A program made the position numbers and the translations under genes. Positions 24,403 to 36,654 of a DNA stretch of 64,000 nucleotides are shown here, piece after piece (the first letter of the stretch is position 1; each line of letters begins with the position of its first letter). The DNA lies in assembly GCA_904063045.1 (NCBI GenBank), contig CAJFCJ010000019.1:1230570-1294569 (forward strand), written 5' to 3'. This DNA is from Dimorphilus gyrociliatus. Its lineage: Eukaryota; Animalia; Annelida. The notes beneath the pieces are model-generated. The model saw only the letters and a list, made by a program, of their open reading frames with translations, made no database searches and had not been told where the DNA came from.

Positions 24403-24434
24403 CGCATGCGCAGTGATTCCCTATAGGTGGCGCT
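24403..24434. promoter_or_regulatory. NRF1-like (CGCATGCGCA) and CTCF-like (TAGGTGGCGC) motifs in the NUMB/IAP divergent intergenic region
   Basis: Motif matches by eye. A second NRF1-like TGCGCATGCG lies at 52155-52164 in the SRSF/GRAMD1 intergenic region. Confidence 0.45.
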
Positions 24435-25126
24435 GTAAAAAATACGAATGGGCTAATATTGTTGTCCAACTTTTGTCGACTGATTTTTTCAATTGTTATT
24501 AAGTGTTTGGTTCAATGTACTATTGATATTATCTGCAAATTGCGCAGAAACACTTAACACAATACTCAGACCGCATATATTTTAATATAAACAAAGCGAG
24601 AAAGTATCACAGACGTACACTTTGTCTCAAAATAATCAACGGAATACAATAATATAAATTTATATTTAATTATGTGTCTACAGATGAAATTATTAAAAAA
24701 ATTTGATTAATAAATTCCTTAGTCATTATTTATCCAATAAAAATAGTATTTAAAATAAATATATATATAAATTTCAAATTATCAACTTGGTTTTCGTAAA
24801 ATAACCTTGACCTCTCGCTAGAAAGTAAATTCGTTTAAAACACAGGACATAGTTTCTTTGGGGGCAAATAGTTATGTGTCATTATCATTACTAACAGTTT
24901 ATTTTATTATTCATATTGTGTTGCTTAGTGAAATTAACCTATTATAGTAATAGAACACTATTTTCTTATTTCTCTGTCTTAGCTGTATTAGCTATAATTT
25001 CCAGCTGTTTCCAGCTTGTATTAAAAAATTCTTTTTTGTATTATGGTTGAAATATAGACCAGTTTTTTTTAATAATTAATTTTCTATTTCATTTACTTAG
25101 AACTTCAGGAAACTCATCTCTCTATA

Positions 25127-27580
25127 ATGACTAAATACAAGCTGGACTGTGAAGGAATTATGAGCTTCGTGAACTGGCCAAGGGAAAGTCAGGCTAAGCC
25201 CATAGAATTATGGTCTGCTGGATTAGAATATACTGGTAACAATAGAATTTTTTACTAACTTCGTGTTTAAACTGAAGCATTATTTTTATATTTGTTTGAT
25301 AGGTCAATATGATATTGTAACTTGTAAAACTTGTGGAATAGTTTTGGGTCAATGGATTAAAATACATGATCCTAAGGAAAGACATGCAAGAAAGTCGTCC
25401 AATTGCTCCTTCATTCAGCAACATTGCGAAAGTTTTCGAGCAAATCGGAAAAAACCTACCTTAGGATTTGTGCTTGAGAACACAGAAGACGTCTATAACA
25501 ATCCATCTGATTCTGAAAGTGTTAAATCTGACCACAAGGGTGCTGATTACTCACAAAATGATGAAGATGAATTTGATGGATTTGACTATGGTAGATTTTG
25601 TGAAAACACTTCAATAAATCCTCATTCCAATGATGATTCCAATGATCTTACCTCAAAGACTGAACTTGAAAATATGGGATTTTCCTACTTAGGAGAAGAA
25701 AATCATGTCCAATGCAATACTTGTTTAGGAGTCTTAACAGATTGGAAAAACGACGATGATCTTAAGATGATCCATCATAAGACCTTTCCACGCTGCCCAA
25801 AATCTTTAGAGTTTACTCAGGTAATGTTTTAAATAAAGATAAAGGATCACTGACTTGGAAAATTTATTGCCAGTTGATTCTTTTAAAAATTAACCTTAAA
25901 GGAAGACGAATTAATGGTTTAGAAAATTGTTTTCGAAGTCTATAATTGAATAATTTATAACCTTTTAGAAAATGGCACACATCTCAACACCAAATGAACC
26001 AAATAGTACCTACGGTAACTACGTAGATAGAAACCAGCGAATGAGGACTTTTTCACTTTGGCCTAAATCAGGAATACCCGCCTACAAATTAGCTGAAGCT
26101 GGATTTTATCTCTACAGTAATAAGCTTTTATTTATTAGAATGTTTAATAGTCTAATTATTAGCCAATATATTCTATTTATTATGTAATATCCATTTGACA
26201 ATCTATAATGCAATTGCAAAATTTGATTATAAACAAAATAGAATTGTTAAACTACAAAAAAAAGGGTTTTACGACCCATTTATCAAACAAAATCGTTCAT
26301 TATCTTTAAAATATGTATAAACGTAATCAAATAATTGCTTTGTAGATTTTTTTCTCATTATTTATCATTAAATGAACTTTATCAAGTCAAAAACTTTAAA
26401 AAAAACCTTAAGGTTTATAGCTATATATTATATATATAGAGATATTTTGTTTGTTTTATTTATATAGAACATCCAACCGGAGTGAAATGTTTCTCTTGTG
26501 GTGGAACATTTGATAATTTATCAAAATATGATGATCCCTGGATCTTACATGCTCAGAAATATGGTAAAATATGTAAGTACGTCCTAGAGGAGAAAGGGGA
26601 GCAGTTTATAAATAATAATCAATTGAATGATGATCGAAATAGCATTGATGAGTTCGATAGCGTAGATGGTGCTAGAGGGCTTAATAATAATGAAAATAAT
26701 GTAATTGAAAAAGATGGAAATAACGGAAGCATAAATAATTTAGCTAATTTGGAAAATGAGCAGACTGATAAAACAGTACGTGATTGGAATATGATAATAG
26801 AGGAATACATGCAAAGTGAAGTTGTGAAGGATGTTGAAAAATTAGATATTTCAAAGAATCGTATAAGAGATTTTTTACTTCAAACAGGTAAGAAATACAC
26901 TTGGAAGGAATTTTGTTTTCTTTTTAAATAAATAAACATACTCTTTACCTATTTTTACAGGCGAATTATATTCGGAAGCTAATGCTTTAGCAAATGCAAT
27001 GATAAATTCTGAATTAAATAAGAATACAGATTTGACGACTGGTGAAATGCATTTACCTAACCAACCTAGGAATTACAAGAATCCGCAACATTTATCAGAT
27101 AATCTTAGAGAAAATGTTACAGATACAATTGGAAAAGTTAAGAAAAAAAAAAGAAAAAAGAAAAAGAAAAAACAAGAAAAGGATGTAATTGATGAAATTT
27201 CAAAAGATCAATTAGTATTGGAAACTGATAACAAGCGGGAAGATCGTAAGCCTAGTAAGTTATATTTAGACATTATTTTCCCTAGCCATGTTTAATAAGT
27301 TTACATCTTTTTCTTCTTCCTCACTCAAGCTCAAATTGACGCTAAGTCAAAATCTCAGAATAAATCAAATATAGAATTAAAACGGTACAAAAAATTAAAG
27401 GCAAGAGCAGAGAAACTAGAGGAGGAGAGTATGTGTACTAAATGTAAGAATGAGCAGAGGAATAGTATTTTTTTTCCTTGTAAACATTTTATTTACTGTT
27501 GGAATTGTGCTAAAGAGGAGAAATTTTGCCCCATTTGCAAGGCAAAGATTACTGCTCAGAATCGCGTTTTCATGCCTTAG
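25127..27580 (+). CDS. Inhibitor of apoptosis protein, 3 BIR domains plus C-terminal C3HC4 RING
   Basis: Three Cx2Cx16Hx6-7C BIR cores (CKTC..H..C, CNTC..H..C, CFSC..H..C). RING CTKC...PCKHFIYCWNC...CPIC ends at TAG 27578-27580. The start ATG at 25127 is provisional. Confidence 0.88.
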
Positions 27581-28384
27581 TACAAAATAGCTTACGCTAA
27601 TGCATTCGAGTAGAATTGTCATTCACCTTAGCCTACAAAATACTCTTTATATGTATAGTACACTGTATCCTTACATATATATATCAACAAAAGTACTTTC
27701 ACGCCAAACGTGTAGACGCATCTGGTTGAAAGAAAGAATTGCTATTCATTTACCACTGCCTCTTATCATCATATTCTTCATAGTTGTCATCATCCTATCC
27801 TCCATCGTCATGGCCACCATCAACTACTTACAGTTTCAGTTATTTATATATCCTACATTATGTAAATCCTTTCATGCCTTTTTTTTTGTTTAGACCACAC
27901 GTTCTTGATATAAATGTCTTAAGTAAATTAATTAACTAATTAATTATGATATCGATTTTTTTCCTATTATGTTAAAAATAAAGCGACCTTTTTTTCTCAA
28001 ATTATTCTTTGAAGTGTTTACGTACGCCTCTATAGTTTTTTTATGCTAGTACTACTATATTTAACATTTTATAGAATGTACTTATAACTACTAAAGTCTG
28101 AAACGGCTTCCATCGTTGTACTAATTACGATAAACTTGATTATGACTCAAGTCTATTATTGATAAATATTTAATATATTTTAGACAAATTAAAATATTAT
28201 TGTTCAAAAGGCAAAACATTCTCAATACATTGTCAGCGTTGTTCTTATCATTGCAGAAAAAACAGAAGAGTATAAATTTCATTACTATCTAGACGGAAAA
28301 CAAGCCTATTTTTTGCTATGCATCGTGAGAATAGATGGCAGCACGATCGGTAGAGAGTGATAAACAGTCGCTATTGCAAAAAAT

Positions 28385-29623
28385 ATGAAATACATATTCG
28401 TTATTTGCTTATTATGCTTTCTGAAAATTAAGTTTGTATTATAACATATGAATGATTATTAATATAGCTAACTAAACATGTAAAAATAGGGCAGAAACTC
28501 AATTTGATTATTTTACATTTTCACAAGACTGGCCAACATCTTTTTGTACAATTGAAAAGGTATTACATAACAATTTGTTTGGTTTTTTTTATCTTTTACA
28601 AAAATCATATGGTATCTATAAATAGAATCATTATTTTTATATATTCTTATTGTTTTTTTTTATGTTTTCTAATGATTTATCTTTTCTATGTAAAGGCTCG
28701 TAAAAAACAATGTGAAGTTGCCAAAAATGTCACAACATGGACAATACACGGCCTATGGTAAATGAAACTTAATAAATACTGCTCCTTTCAATAAGATTAA
28801 ATAAAAATAAATACTGTATAATCAATTAAATCAATTTCTCAGGCCTAGTACGAAATATAAGTCACCAGATCCATCGTTTTGTAATAAAACAGCCAAATTT
28901 GATGATAAGGCAATAATAAAATTGAAACCCAAATTGCAAACATATTGGCCAAATATGTTCCCCGATACGGACCCTAATCAATTATGGTAATCAATTGTTT
29001 CTAATAAGAACTTATTTGGAATATTTAATCATTCATTAAAATAAGGAAACACGAATATGAGAAGCATGGTACTTGCGCTATATCAGTGTCTAAAGTGAAC
29101 ACGGAATATAACTATTTCAATTATACATTGGCTCTTCGCAAGTGGTTGAATATTGATGAAAAGTTGGCAAAATACGGAATAAGACCAAGAGCAAAACCTT
29201 ACAAGGTTTTTTTTTCGCTTACTCTATATAAATATATTATTATATTATTTATGTTTGGTAGCTAAAAGATATAACCTCTGCCTTGGACAAGGCTTTTAAC
29301 GGGTTTAATGTTGATATACAATGCTCATCGGTGCGTCAATATTACAATTCTATATAATATATTTATTCATTATATGTATTTCCCTTCTCCAGGTCCATGG
29401 AAAACATTATTTACAAGAAATTCACGTCTGTCTAACAAAGGAATTTAAACAAATGGACTGTAAAGTAACGTCCCTTTTATATCGTTCACTTTCATCAACA
29501 ACTTCCTGTTCGAAAAAGAACATTTATTACCCTAAAAAAAATAGTCAGCCGGAAGTAATTAAATCTAAACAGATGAAGTTTGAAAATATTGATAACGTTC
29601 CGGAAATTAAGAATCATTTATAA
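28385..29623 (+). CDS. RNASET2: Ribonuclease T2
   Basis: Signal exon MKYIFVICLLCFLKI, then FDYFTFSQDWP. CAS-I WTIHGLW and CAS-II WKHEYEKHGTCA are intact across short introns. Confidence 0.93.
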
Positions 29624-30281
29624 ATTTATATTCCTATTTATATATATTTTCGTATTCTTAATGCTATCTGGGCTTTACCTAATTAACTATTGTATTTATG
29701 CAAATTAACTATAAGTTATATTACTGGTAAATTGTTGATAATAAATATATAATATCTTCTTCATTAGACAATTTCTTAATTTAATTACTTCTAAACGTAC
29801 AATTCATTGTCAACTTTAAGCGATAAAGGCTTTTATTTCAATGAATGTTTTCTTCTTTCAAAAAAATCATCCAATAGCCAATCTCTTAAAACATTCAACA
29901 TTCCCTATTCTATTTAATCATATAAACAATGAATATATTGTTTGGATCAATGAGTTTAAGTCAATCGCTATCATTCCTAATATTTATTCCATAAAAGGAT
30001 CAATAAAAAACAAAAGATGCTGCCAGAAGTCATGCTGCTGACAGCTAACATTCTTCAGAAAAGACGTAATTCTCCTATTTCTTATTCTTATTCTATTTTG
30101 GAATATAGCATGGAACAATGTTATAAAGTGAAAATCGAAAAGAACAAATAGCAACTTAAAAATAAAGATATGATATCGAGGCACTAGAAGTAACTAATTG
30201 TATAGTTATTAATATAATTTTGTTAGAAATCTGGCTTTGGATATCAAACAAACTGGCCTTAGTTATTGCAGAAGAGGGTTC

Positions 30282-31965
30282 GTCTGCTTTTTTTCGGAAC
30301 GGAAAATAGAGCACTTTTAGGTTAGTCTGTCCAAAATTTTCATATAGGGGTCTCTGAGTGAAGTCATATGACCAATTAGTTTATTTATCATCGTGTTTCG
30401 AGTATTGTAATAAGTGGAAAACAATCAACATGCCCTCCCAATCAAATTGGACAATGTATCGTATCTTCTTAGCATTCTTGATGCTTGTTGCAGGATCGAT
30501 AAATACTTTATCGGCCAAGTATGTTACATTTTGAATAGGTTCTTTACTTTCGTCTTTGTTTATATGCTAAAAATTTTCTATTTATTAAAAAAGATGGGCA
30601 GATCGTTCAGAAGCAAAAGGTGTTTATCCAAATTTACCTCCAAGAAAGTTCGATCATCCTTTCCTTCAGGTTAAACTTTTTCTCTTTTTCTTTAAGCATA
30701 CAAACTCGTGGTAGGCGGAATGATTAATAATCTTGTGTCAGTTGTCGACAACTGAACAATACAAAATATGAAATGACAAACTGCTTAAAATTCCCTTTGC
30801 CTTTTCCCAATGCAAACGAAAAAAACGCAGGCAGTCGGAATGTTTATTGGAGAATTTTCTTGTCTCATTGCCTTTGGATTATTGTTTTGTTATCGGTCTC
30901 GAAAGGGGAATCCCATTCAAGTGTCGAGGTTCAATCCGTTCATATTCTACCCTCCAGCACTATGTGACATGTGTGCAACTTCCATTATGTACGTTGGTTT
31001 GAATTTAACATTTGCATCCAGTTTTCAAATGCTTCGAGGTTCAGTGATGATATTTACTGCACTCTTATCAGTCGCATTTTTGGGTAGAAAAATCAGATCG
31101 TTCATGTGGTTTGGTATGGTTGTTGTTCTCGTTGGTTTGGTTCTCGTTGGTTTGTCAGATGTTGTATTTAGGAAAAGTTCCTCGGAAAGAAGTTCCGACG
31201 TTAATGGTATAATATCGGGTGATTTGCTTATATGTGCCGCCCAGATTGTCACAGCATCTCAAATGGTGTACGAAGAAAAGTTTGTCATGAAATATAACGT
31301 TCCAGCTTTACTTGCAGTTGGCTTCGAAGGTTGAATGAATTTTCAATGATCTGCTCAGCATCATTTCATACCAATGTTGTTTTACAGGTCTTTTTGGACT
31401 TCTTACTCTCGGCCTTCTGCTCATTCCCTTCTATTATATCAAAATTACTAATCCAAATAACCCGCTAACGACTGATCCACACGGACGAGTGGAGAACTCA
31501 CTTGATGCTTTTGCAATGATGGGTCAGAATTCGGCCATCCTCGTAGGTACTCTTGGTAACATGGTCAGTATAGCCGTATTTAATTTCGCTGGTATCAGCG
31601 TGACTAAAGAGCTCAGCGCAACAACAAGAATGGTACTTGATTCAATGAGAACACTTGTAATTTGGATATTTTCCCTATCAGTTAAATGGAGACCTTTCGA
31701 CGTGAAAGAGTTCTTCATGCAATTGGCGGGATTCGCCTTTTTGATTATGGGTATGATTGTTTATAACAATCTACTGTTTATGCCATGGCTAAGGAGAAAA
31801 GTTGGCTGTAGAGTAGATGATGAAAATCATTTACAGTCACCTTTCCAAAATGAAGCAGATGAATCTGAAAGAATATTGCAAGACGAAAATTTAACCCAAT
31901 ATGGCAGTAACAATACTTCAACTGATCCTGTATACTCATAGACAATATTTACTGATTTTAAAAGA
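30282..31965 (+). repeat. Left arm of a ~1.7-kb inverted segmental duplication (partner 41510-43196)
   Basis: Reverse-complement match from gtctgcttt... upstream of the ATG to just past the stop codon, including introns. Confidence 0.95.
30430..31941 (+). CDS. SLC35F6: Solute carrier 35F6, copy A
   Basis: MPSQSNWTMYRIFLAFLMLVAGSINTLSAK, then PALCDMCATSIMYVGLNLTFASSFQMLRGS and FNFAGISVTKELSATTRMVLDS. Confidence 0.95.
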
Positions 31966-32642
31966 ATAAATGATCTGACGAGGGGTATTCTCCGTTTATA
32001 CCTTATTGAGATTTGTTGTCATCTTGAATAAAGAGATAACAGTTTTTAAAAATCTAGTCTTAATTGTAGAGTGTTTTTTTACTTGAATAATATTTCTTTT
32101 TTTAATACATTTTTTTATCTATAGATTGTTATTTTTGCTAAATTCTATATTGCGGTAGTAGAAGTCTTGGACAAATGTGGAACATGTGTTAATCATTTTA
32201 ACTTCAAGACTAATATGTTCTTTATTAAAAAGAACTTTTAAATAAGGCGATAAAGTATTATGACGTAATTTATCTATATTTATGTTGAATTTTTCTATAA
32301 AGCTTCTATTAATAGTACTTAACGATTAATTAAACAATTTTCTTATGTCTATAGAAAATGGAACTGATCCGATATTTAAACTCTGCGGTAATGTAATGTG
32401 TATAGTGTGATATAATACTATATGGATTATTGTTGATAACATTAATTAGATGGCAGTGTTCCTAATGATGTTTGATCACTATAGTTAAAAGATAAGAAAT
32501 TCATTACTTGATTGAAAGATATTCCAAACGCTTAATTTATATAATCAACCATTTATTGGGAATAGTGCAAGCATTAAATTAGAGCAACAAATACAGAGAT
32601 ACACATATGACGAAGAAAAGTCATGGTGTTATCATTTATATC

Positions 32643-34484
32643 TTATTCATCGGAGATATCTTTAATTACTTCGAGAAACAACTCATTACCAATCTTTTTA
32701 AGGCATTTTTGCGAAAATGTAGCGAACATAAACTTCACAATTCTTTTTCCCAAACCAGTTTTTGCTATTATAAACCTGAACTTTTCAATACTACAAATTA
32801 AGCTTAGTCTAATTAATATAAGTGCAAGGTCAATATGATCGTACCAATCATTAACGTGTCTATTCATTACTGCAATTAAAAGATTAGTAATAATTAAATG
32901 AACAAAGATTATTCCAACTATAAAGATGATAATAGAAGCTGTGGATGATTGAGAGCTTGTAAAGAAAATATCATCGGGAGTTGTTATTTTCATTGTATAT
33001 AACAAAGTATAATACAATGATATAGCATAATTAGGAACATCTGATTGGTTTGACATCGTTTGATTGTTTAGTTTGCAATCAGTGTGAGTCACACTGAAGC
33101 CTAAAGCAAAAATCGAAATACAAATGAAACAGAGTACCAAATAGACGAAAATGTTACCTGTAACTCTTTCAACGATAAGTAAAACATGGGCAAAGTCACC
33201 AAGCAATTGGGTAAATATTAATACAGATAAGACGACACAACTTAAAGCTGCTACATGAATAATGTAAAAAATATTTCGATATTTGCACAAATCCACTTGA
33301 AATAGTCGAAGAATAGAGAGAATTATAACAAGAAGTGATAATAGTATTATAACTACCCGTAGGGTTATAGCATCAGCTAAAGCATGGTTATTATTCTTAT
33401 GTTTCTTTTTTCTCTCTTTATAATTAGAAAATCTTATTGCTAAGAGTAAAAAATCACTACTTATAAGATGTGAAGTTACAACTACAGTTATAATATCTAA
33501 TGCAATTGGTGTAATATTCACATTTCCAGATGTTAAGAAAAATATACATTTAAGTAATTGAATAATAATTACTATTAACGATTCACAGCCCCAAAGTATT
33601 AATGGATATTTGTAAAAATGAAACTTTTTTTCAATATAGGTCTTAATTGGTTCTTTTTCGAATATGTTACCATATTTGAAATATCTTGTTGCATCGGAAA
33701 AGGTTGTTCTGGATAACCAATAGAGTAATGAATCGAATGTGATATAGTTACTATTATCTTTTTCGTATCTTGTTACATTATAATAGATAATTGATCTTAG
33801 ACCATTTTGACTAATTACTCGTCGATTAAGAGGAGAAGTATTAAAAATTGAGTTAAAAATTGTGGGATGACCCATTCTAACCGCAATATCTAAAGGAGTT
33901 CTCAGCTCTTCATCTTCGATTTCCAATAATAACCTTTGACTTTCCATTACACATAAACTGTTCTCTTCTACATAATTCATAATAATATCGTATTGTTTAA
34001 TTGTTGTATGCGGTAATAATCCGGACATATGGGCCAGACAATGAATAATATTTCTACCATGCTTATCTTTAGCAAATATGTCGCAATATTTCAAAACTAT
34101 CTTGGTACAATTATCATCACCAGACCAACAGGCGTAAGCCAAAGCGTGTTCGTATTCCAATTTTCCAGTATTAAACTTTGGTCCATATTCAATATCTTTC
34201 ATCCAATGAACAACAACTTCAACGTCCTTTAGATTTATTAAGTTTTCAGAATTTTCTAGAATGTCTAGATCATTAGGATTTAACAGATAATTCCTTTGGG
34301 ATACACTTAATTTAGATAAAAAGAATTCGAGATCCGATGGCAAGAGACAATTTTTTGCCAAGCACGTAAAAAAAGCCCGTGTTCCGAATGAGAATTCATT
34401 CGAATATTTCTTAGGATTGTCCAATATGGTGGAAAACCAGGTAACAGCCTGTCTGATTGGCGTTTCTGTCATAATTGAAACCAT
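32643..34484 (-). CDS. Intronless TRPV-like ankyrin-repeat 6TM channel, paralogue 1 (613 aa)
   Basis: TRPV-type ankyrin repeats (EHALAYACWSG, DKHGRNIIH, TPLDIAVRMGH), pre-S1 PIKTYIEKKF, six hydrophobic helices with a pore loop, and S6 TNLLIAVM. Confidence 0.8.
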   Translation of the reverse strand: MVSIMTETPIRQAVTWFSTILDNPKKYSNEFSFGTRAFFTCLAKNCLLPSDLEFFLSKLSVSQRNYLLNPNDLDILENSENLINLKDVEVVVHWMKDIEYGPKFNTGKLEYEHALAYACWSGDDNCTKIVLKYCDIFAKDKHGRNIIHCLAHMSGLLPHTTIKQYDIIMNYVEENSLCVMESQRLLLEIEDEELRTPLDIAVRMGHPTIFNSIFNTSPLNRRVISQNGLRSIIYYNVTRYEKDNSNYITFDSLLYWLSRTTFSDATRYFKYGNIFEKEPIKTYIEKKFHFYKYPLILWGCESLIVIIIQLLKCIFFLTSGNVNITPIALDIITVVVTSHLISSDFLLLAIRFSNYKERKKKHKNNNHALADAITLRVVIILLSLLVIILSILRLFQVDLCKYRNIFYIIHVAALSCVVLSVLIFTQLLGDFAHVLLIVERVTGNIFVYLVLCFICISIFALGFSVTHTDCKLNNQTMSNQSDVPNYAISLYYTLLYTMKITTPDDIFFTSSQSSTASIIIFIVGIIFVHLIITNLLIAVMNRHVNDWYDHIDLALILIRLSLICSIEKFRFIIAKTGLGKRIVKFMFATFSQKCLKKIGNELFLEVIKDISDE

Positions 34485-34579
34485 TAGTGCTTACCGGTGG
34501 AGACGTATTTATTTATGATCATAATAAATCCACCACTTACGCCTGGTATCTATCCTTTGGTGTAGTAGAAAACTGACAT

Positions 34580-36457
34580 ATGGAGCAAGTGGATAAGAGT
34601 GCTCACCATTGCTCAACTCTATATCATAAGTCTATTCAGAAATTTTGGACAGATTGCGTATTGCCATTCAGAACGGCTTTGGCAAAGGGCACCTTATCAT
34701 CTTATGAATTAAATCACTTCCTTCATAAACTGCCAATAAATTGTGTAACAACCTTAATAAACGGTACAAAAAAACCAAGTCAAGATCTTTTCACAGTTAC
34801 TGGAGAAGATGACGGCATCAATAGATCTAATTTTATGGAATGGTTACGCTTGTCTAATTTTGGATATTCGGCTAAAGAAAGCTTCCCATTCAATCATACA
34901 GTTACTTACGCTTGCTGGTACGGTGACGAAAATATTCTTGATGCTCTAATAACGAATGGAAATTTAAATCCTTTCGTACCTGACAAATCAGGTAACAATG
35001 TAATTCACGATCTTGTTAGAATCTCAAAATTTAAATCGGAGAATGCTATCAAATATTACAAGATAATTATTAAGAGTTTAATAAAAAACGTAGAGAAACA
35101 AGAAGATGGGATAGATATTGTTAGAAGTATATTAGAATGTAAAAATTATGATAATATTACACCTATTCAACTAGCTATAAATGAATTTGAACCTTGCATT
35201 TTGCTTGAAATATTAAATACTGAACCATATCCCAAGAAAACTGTTCAAGAGCTTGGTTTATATCGCGTTGTTTGGTATGATATGACATCGGTTGAGGAGC
35301 ACGAAACTTGTGATGATAATTTATCCTTGATACTTACGATATCTTTATCGACAGTGGAGGATGCTAAAGCTTTATTAGAAACTGAGTTTTTGGATAAGGA
35401 ACCTCTAAGGAGCTATTCCAACTTAAAATGGAAAACTTACTATTGGCGAATACTAATTTGGAGTTTTGAATTTCTGACAACTGGTTTCCTCCATCTAATT
35501 CATATTATTCTCTTTATAACAATCGGAGTACATAGGATTCCATCCATTTTTCTAATTTTCTTACTATTGGCAAATATGTTTGTTATTTTTGCAGAAATTA
35601 TATCGATAGGGATAACTGTGAAAGTCGTTAAACCAATAATAATAAGAAATAAGGCTAGAGGACTCACAATGGCTAGCAGTAATGGTTACTCTCATTTACC
35701 AACTATTGCGTCTATTATGAGTAGTGTTGGCTCTTTAATTGTTCTCTTTAATCGTGACTTCTGTTATAAATCATCGCTTAAAGATTCTTATTACGTCCTA
35801 CACATTAGCATCATGGCTCTTTTGGTTCTTAATATTCTATATATATCTCAGATTAGTCCTTTTGGCCATTTACTTATAACTATAATGCACATGATGAAAG
35901 CAACTGCAAGCTACTTTGCTCTAATGCTCGGAGTAATTATGGCTTTCGGAGCAGGTCTTGCTATAATGTATAAAAAACCAAATTGCCCTGGAGTTGTTTC
36001 TCATAATGCAACAATCGCTTTTCCAGAATCACTATATTACGCATTTCTCTTATCAACAACTGCATTAGTTCCCAAAGATAAATTCTTCAGTAACAGCTAT
36101 TCACCGATATTCACAGTTTTTCTCTATGTATCAAGCGTCATAGTGGTATATCTTACGTTGGCTAATCTATTAATTGCAGTAATGTCGAGAAGAGTGAACA
36201 AACTATTTGATAAGATAATGTTTATAAAAGCCATTGCAAGATATAATATTATATCCTTGTTCGACGAAACAACTAAAATATACTACAAATCCCTCTGTTA
36301 CAAACAGTGGGGCAAAGAAGATGCAAGATTAAGTGATATCTATAAATACTTTAAACTTTCAGAGGACAGACGACACTATTATATAGAAGCCATAGAAACA
36401 GTAAAAACAGACCAACAAATAGATGACCACAGTGAACTTGGTTTGGGTGAATTATGA
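34580..36457 (+). CDS. Intronless TRPV-like ankyrin-repeat 6TM channel, paralogue 2 (625 aa)
   Basis: NHTVTYACWYG, DKSGNNVIH, TPIQLAINE, pre-S1 PLRSYSNLKWKTY, six TMs and S6 ANLLIAVMS. Confidence 0.8.
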   Translation: MEQVDKSAHHCSTLYHKSIQKFWTDCVLPFRTALAKGTLSSYELNHFLHKLPINCVTTLINGTKKPSQDLFTVTGEDDGINRSNFMEWLRLSNFGYSAKESFPFNHTVTYACWYGDENILDALITNGNLNPFVPDKSGNNVIHDLVRISKFKSENAIKYYKIIIKSLIKNVEKQEDGIDIVRSILECKNYDNITPIQLAINEFEPCILLEILNTEPYPKKTVQELGLYRVVWYDMTSVEEHETCDDNLSLILTISLSTVEDAKALLETEFLDKEPLRSYSNLKWKTYYWRILIWSFEFLTTGFLHLIHIILFITIGVHRIPSIFLIFLLLANMFVIFAEIISIGITVKVVKPIIIRNKARGLTMASSNGYSHLPTIASIMSSVGSLIVLFNRDFCYKSSLKDSYYVLHISIMALLVLNILYISQISPFGHLLITIMHMMKATASYFALMLGVIMAFGAGLAIMYKKPNCPGVVSHNATIAFPESLYYAFLLSTTALVPKDKFFSNSYSPIFTVFLYVSSVIVVYLTLANLLIAVMSRRVNKLFDKIMFIKAIARYNIISLFDETTKIYYKSLCYKQWGKEDARLSDIYKYFKLSEDRRHYYIEAIETVKTDQQIDDHSELGLGEL

Positions 36458-36654
36458 AAAAGTTACATTTTATATTTGTAGGTCTTAAATTTAAGTGACA
36501 AAACTTTTATTAATAATTGATTAGTAGACGAAATGTTTAAAAAAAGAAAGAAATACAAGTTCAGAATATAAAAAAAAAGAAAAAAAACAATCTAAAAACA
36601 CTTTGCTCTCATTAAAAATTTACTTAGATATTATGGGAAGATATCTTTGAATTA

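Noticed and set aside
27600-27893. 97-aa hydrophobic ORF downstream of the IAP
   Set aside because: It overlaps the expected IAP 3' UTR, has low-complexity ATC/CAT repeats, and shows no recognisable family or splice support.
29841-30184. Two overlapping 66-aa ORFs between RNASET2 and SLC35F6-A
   Set aside because: No homology, start context or splice structure that I could support.
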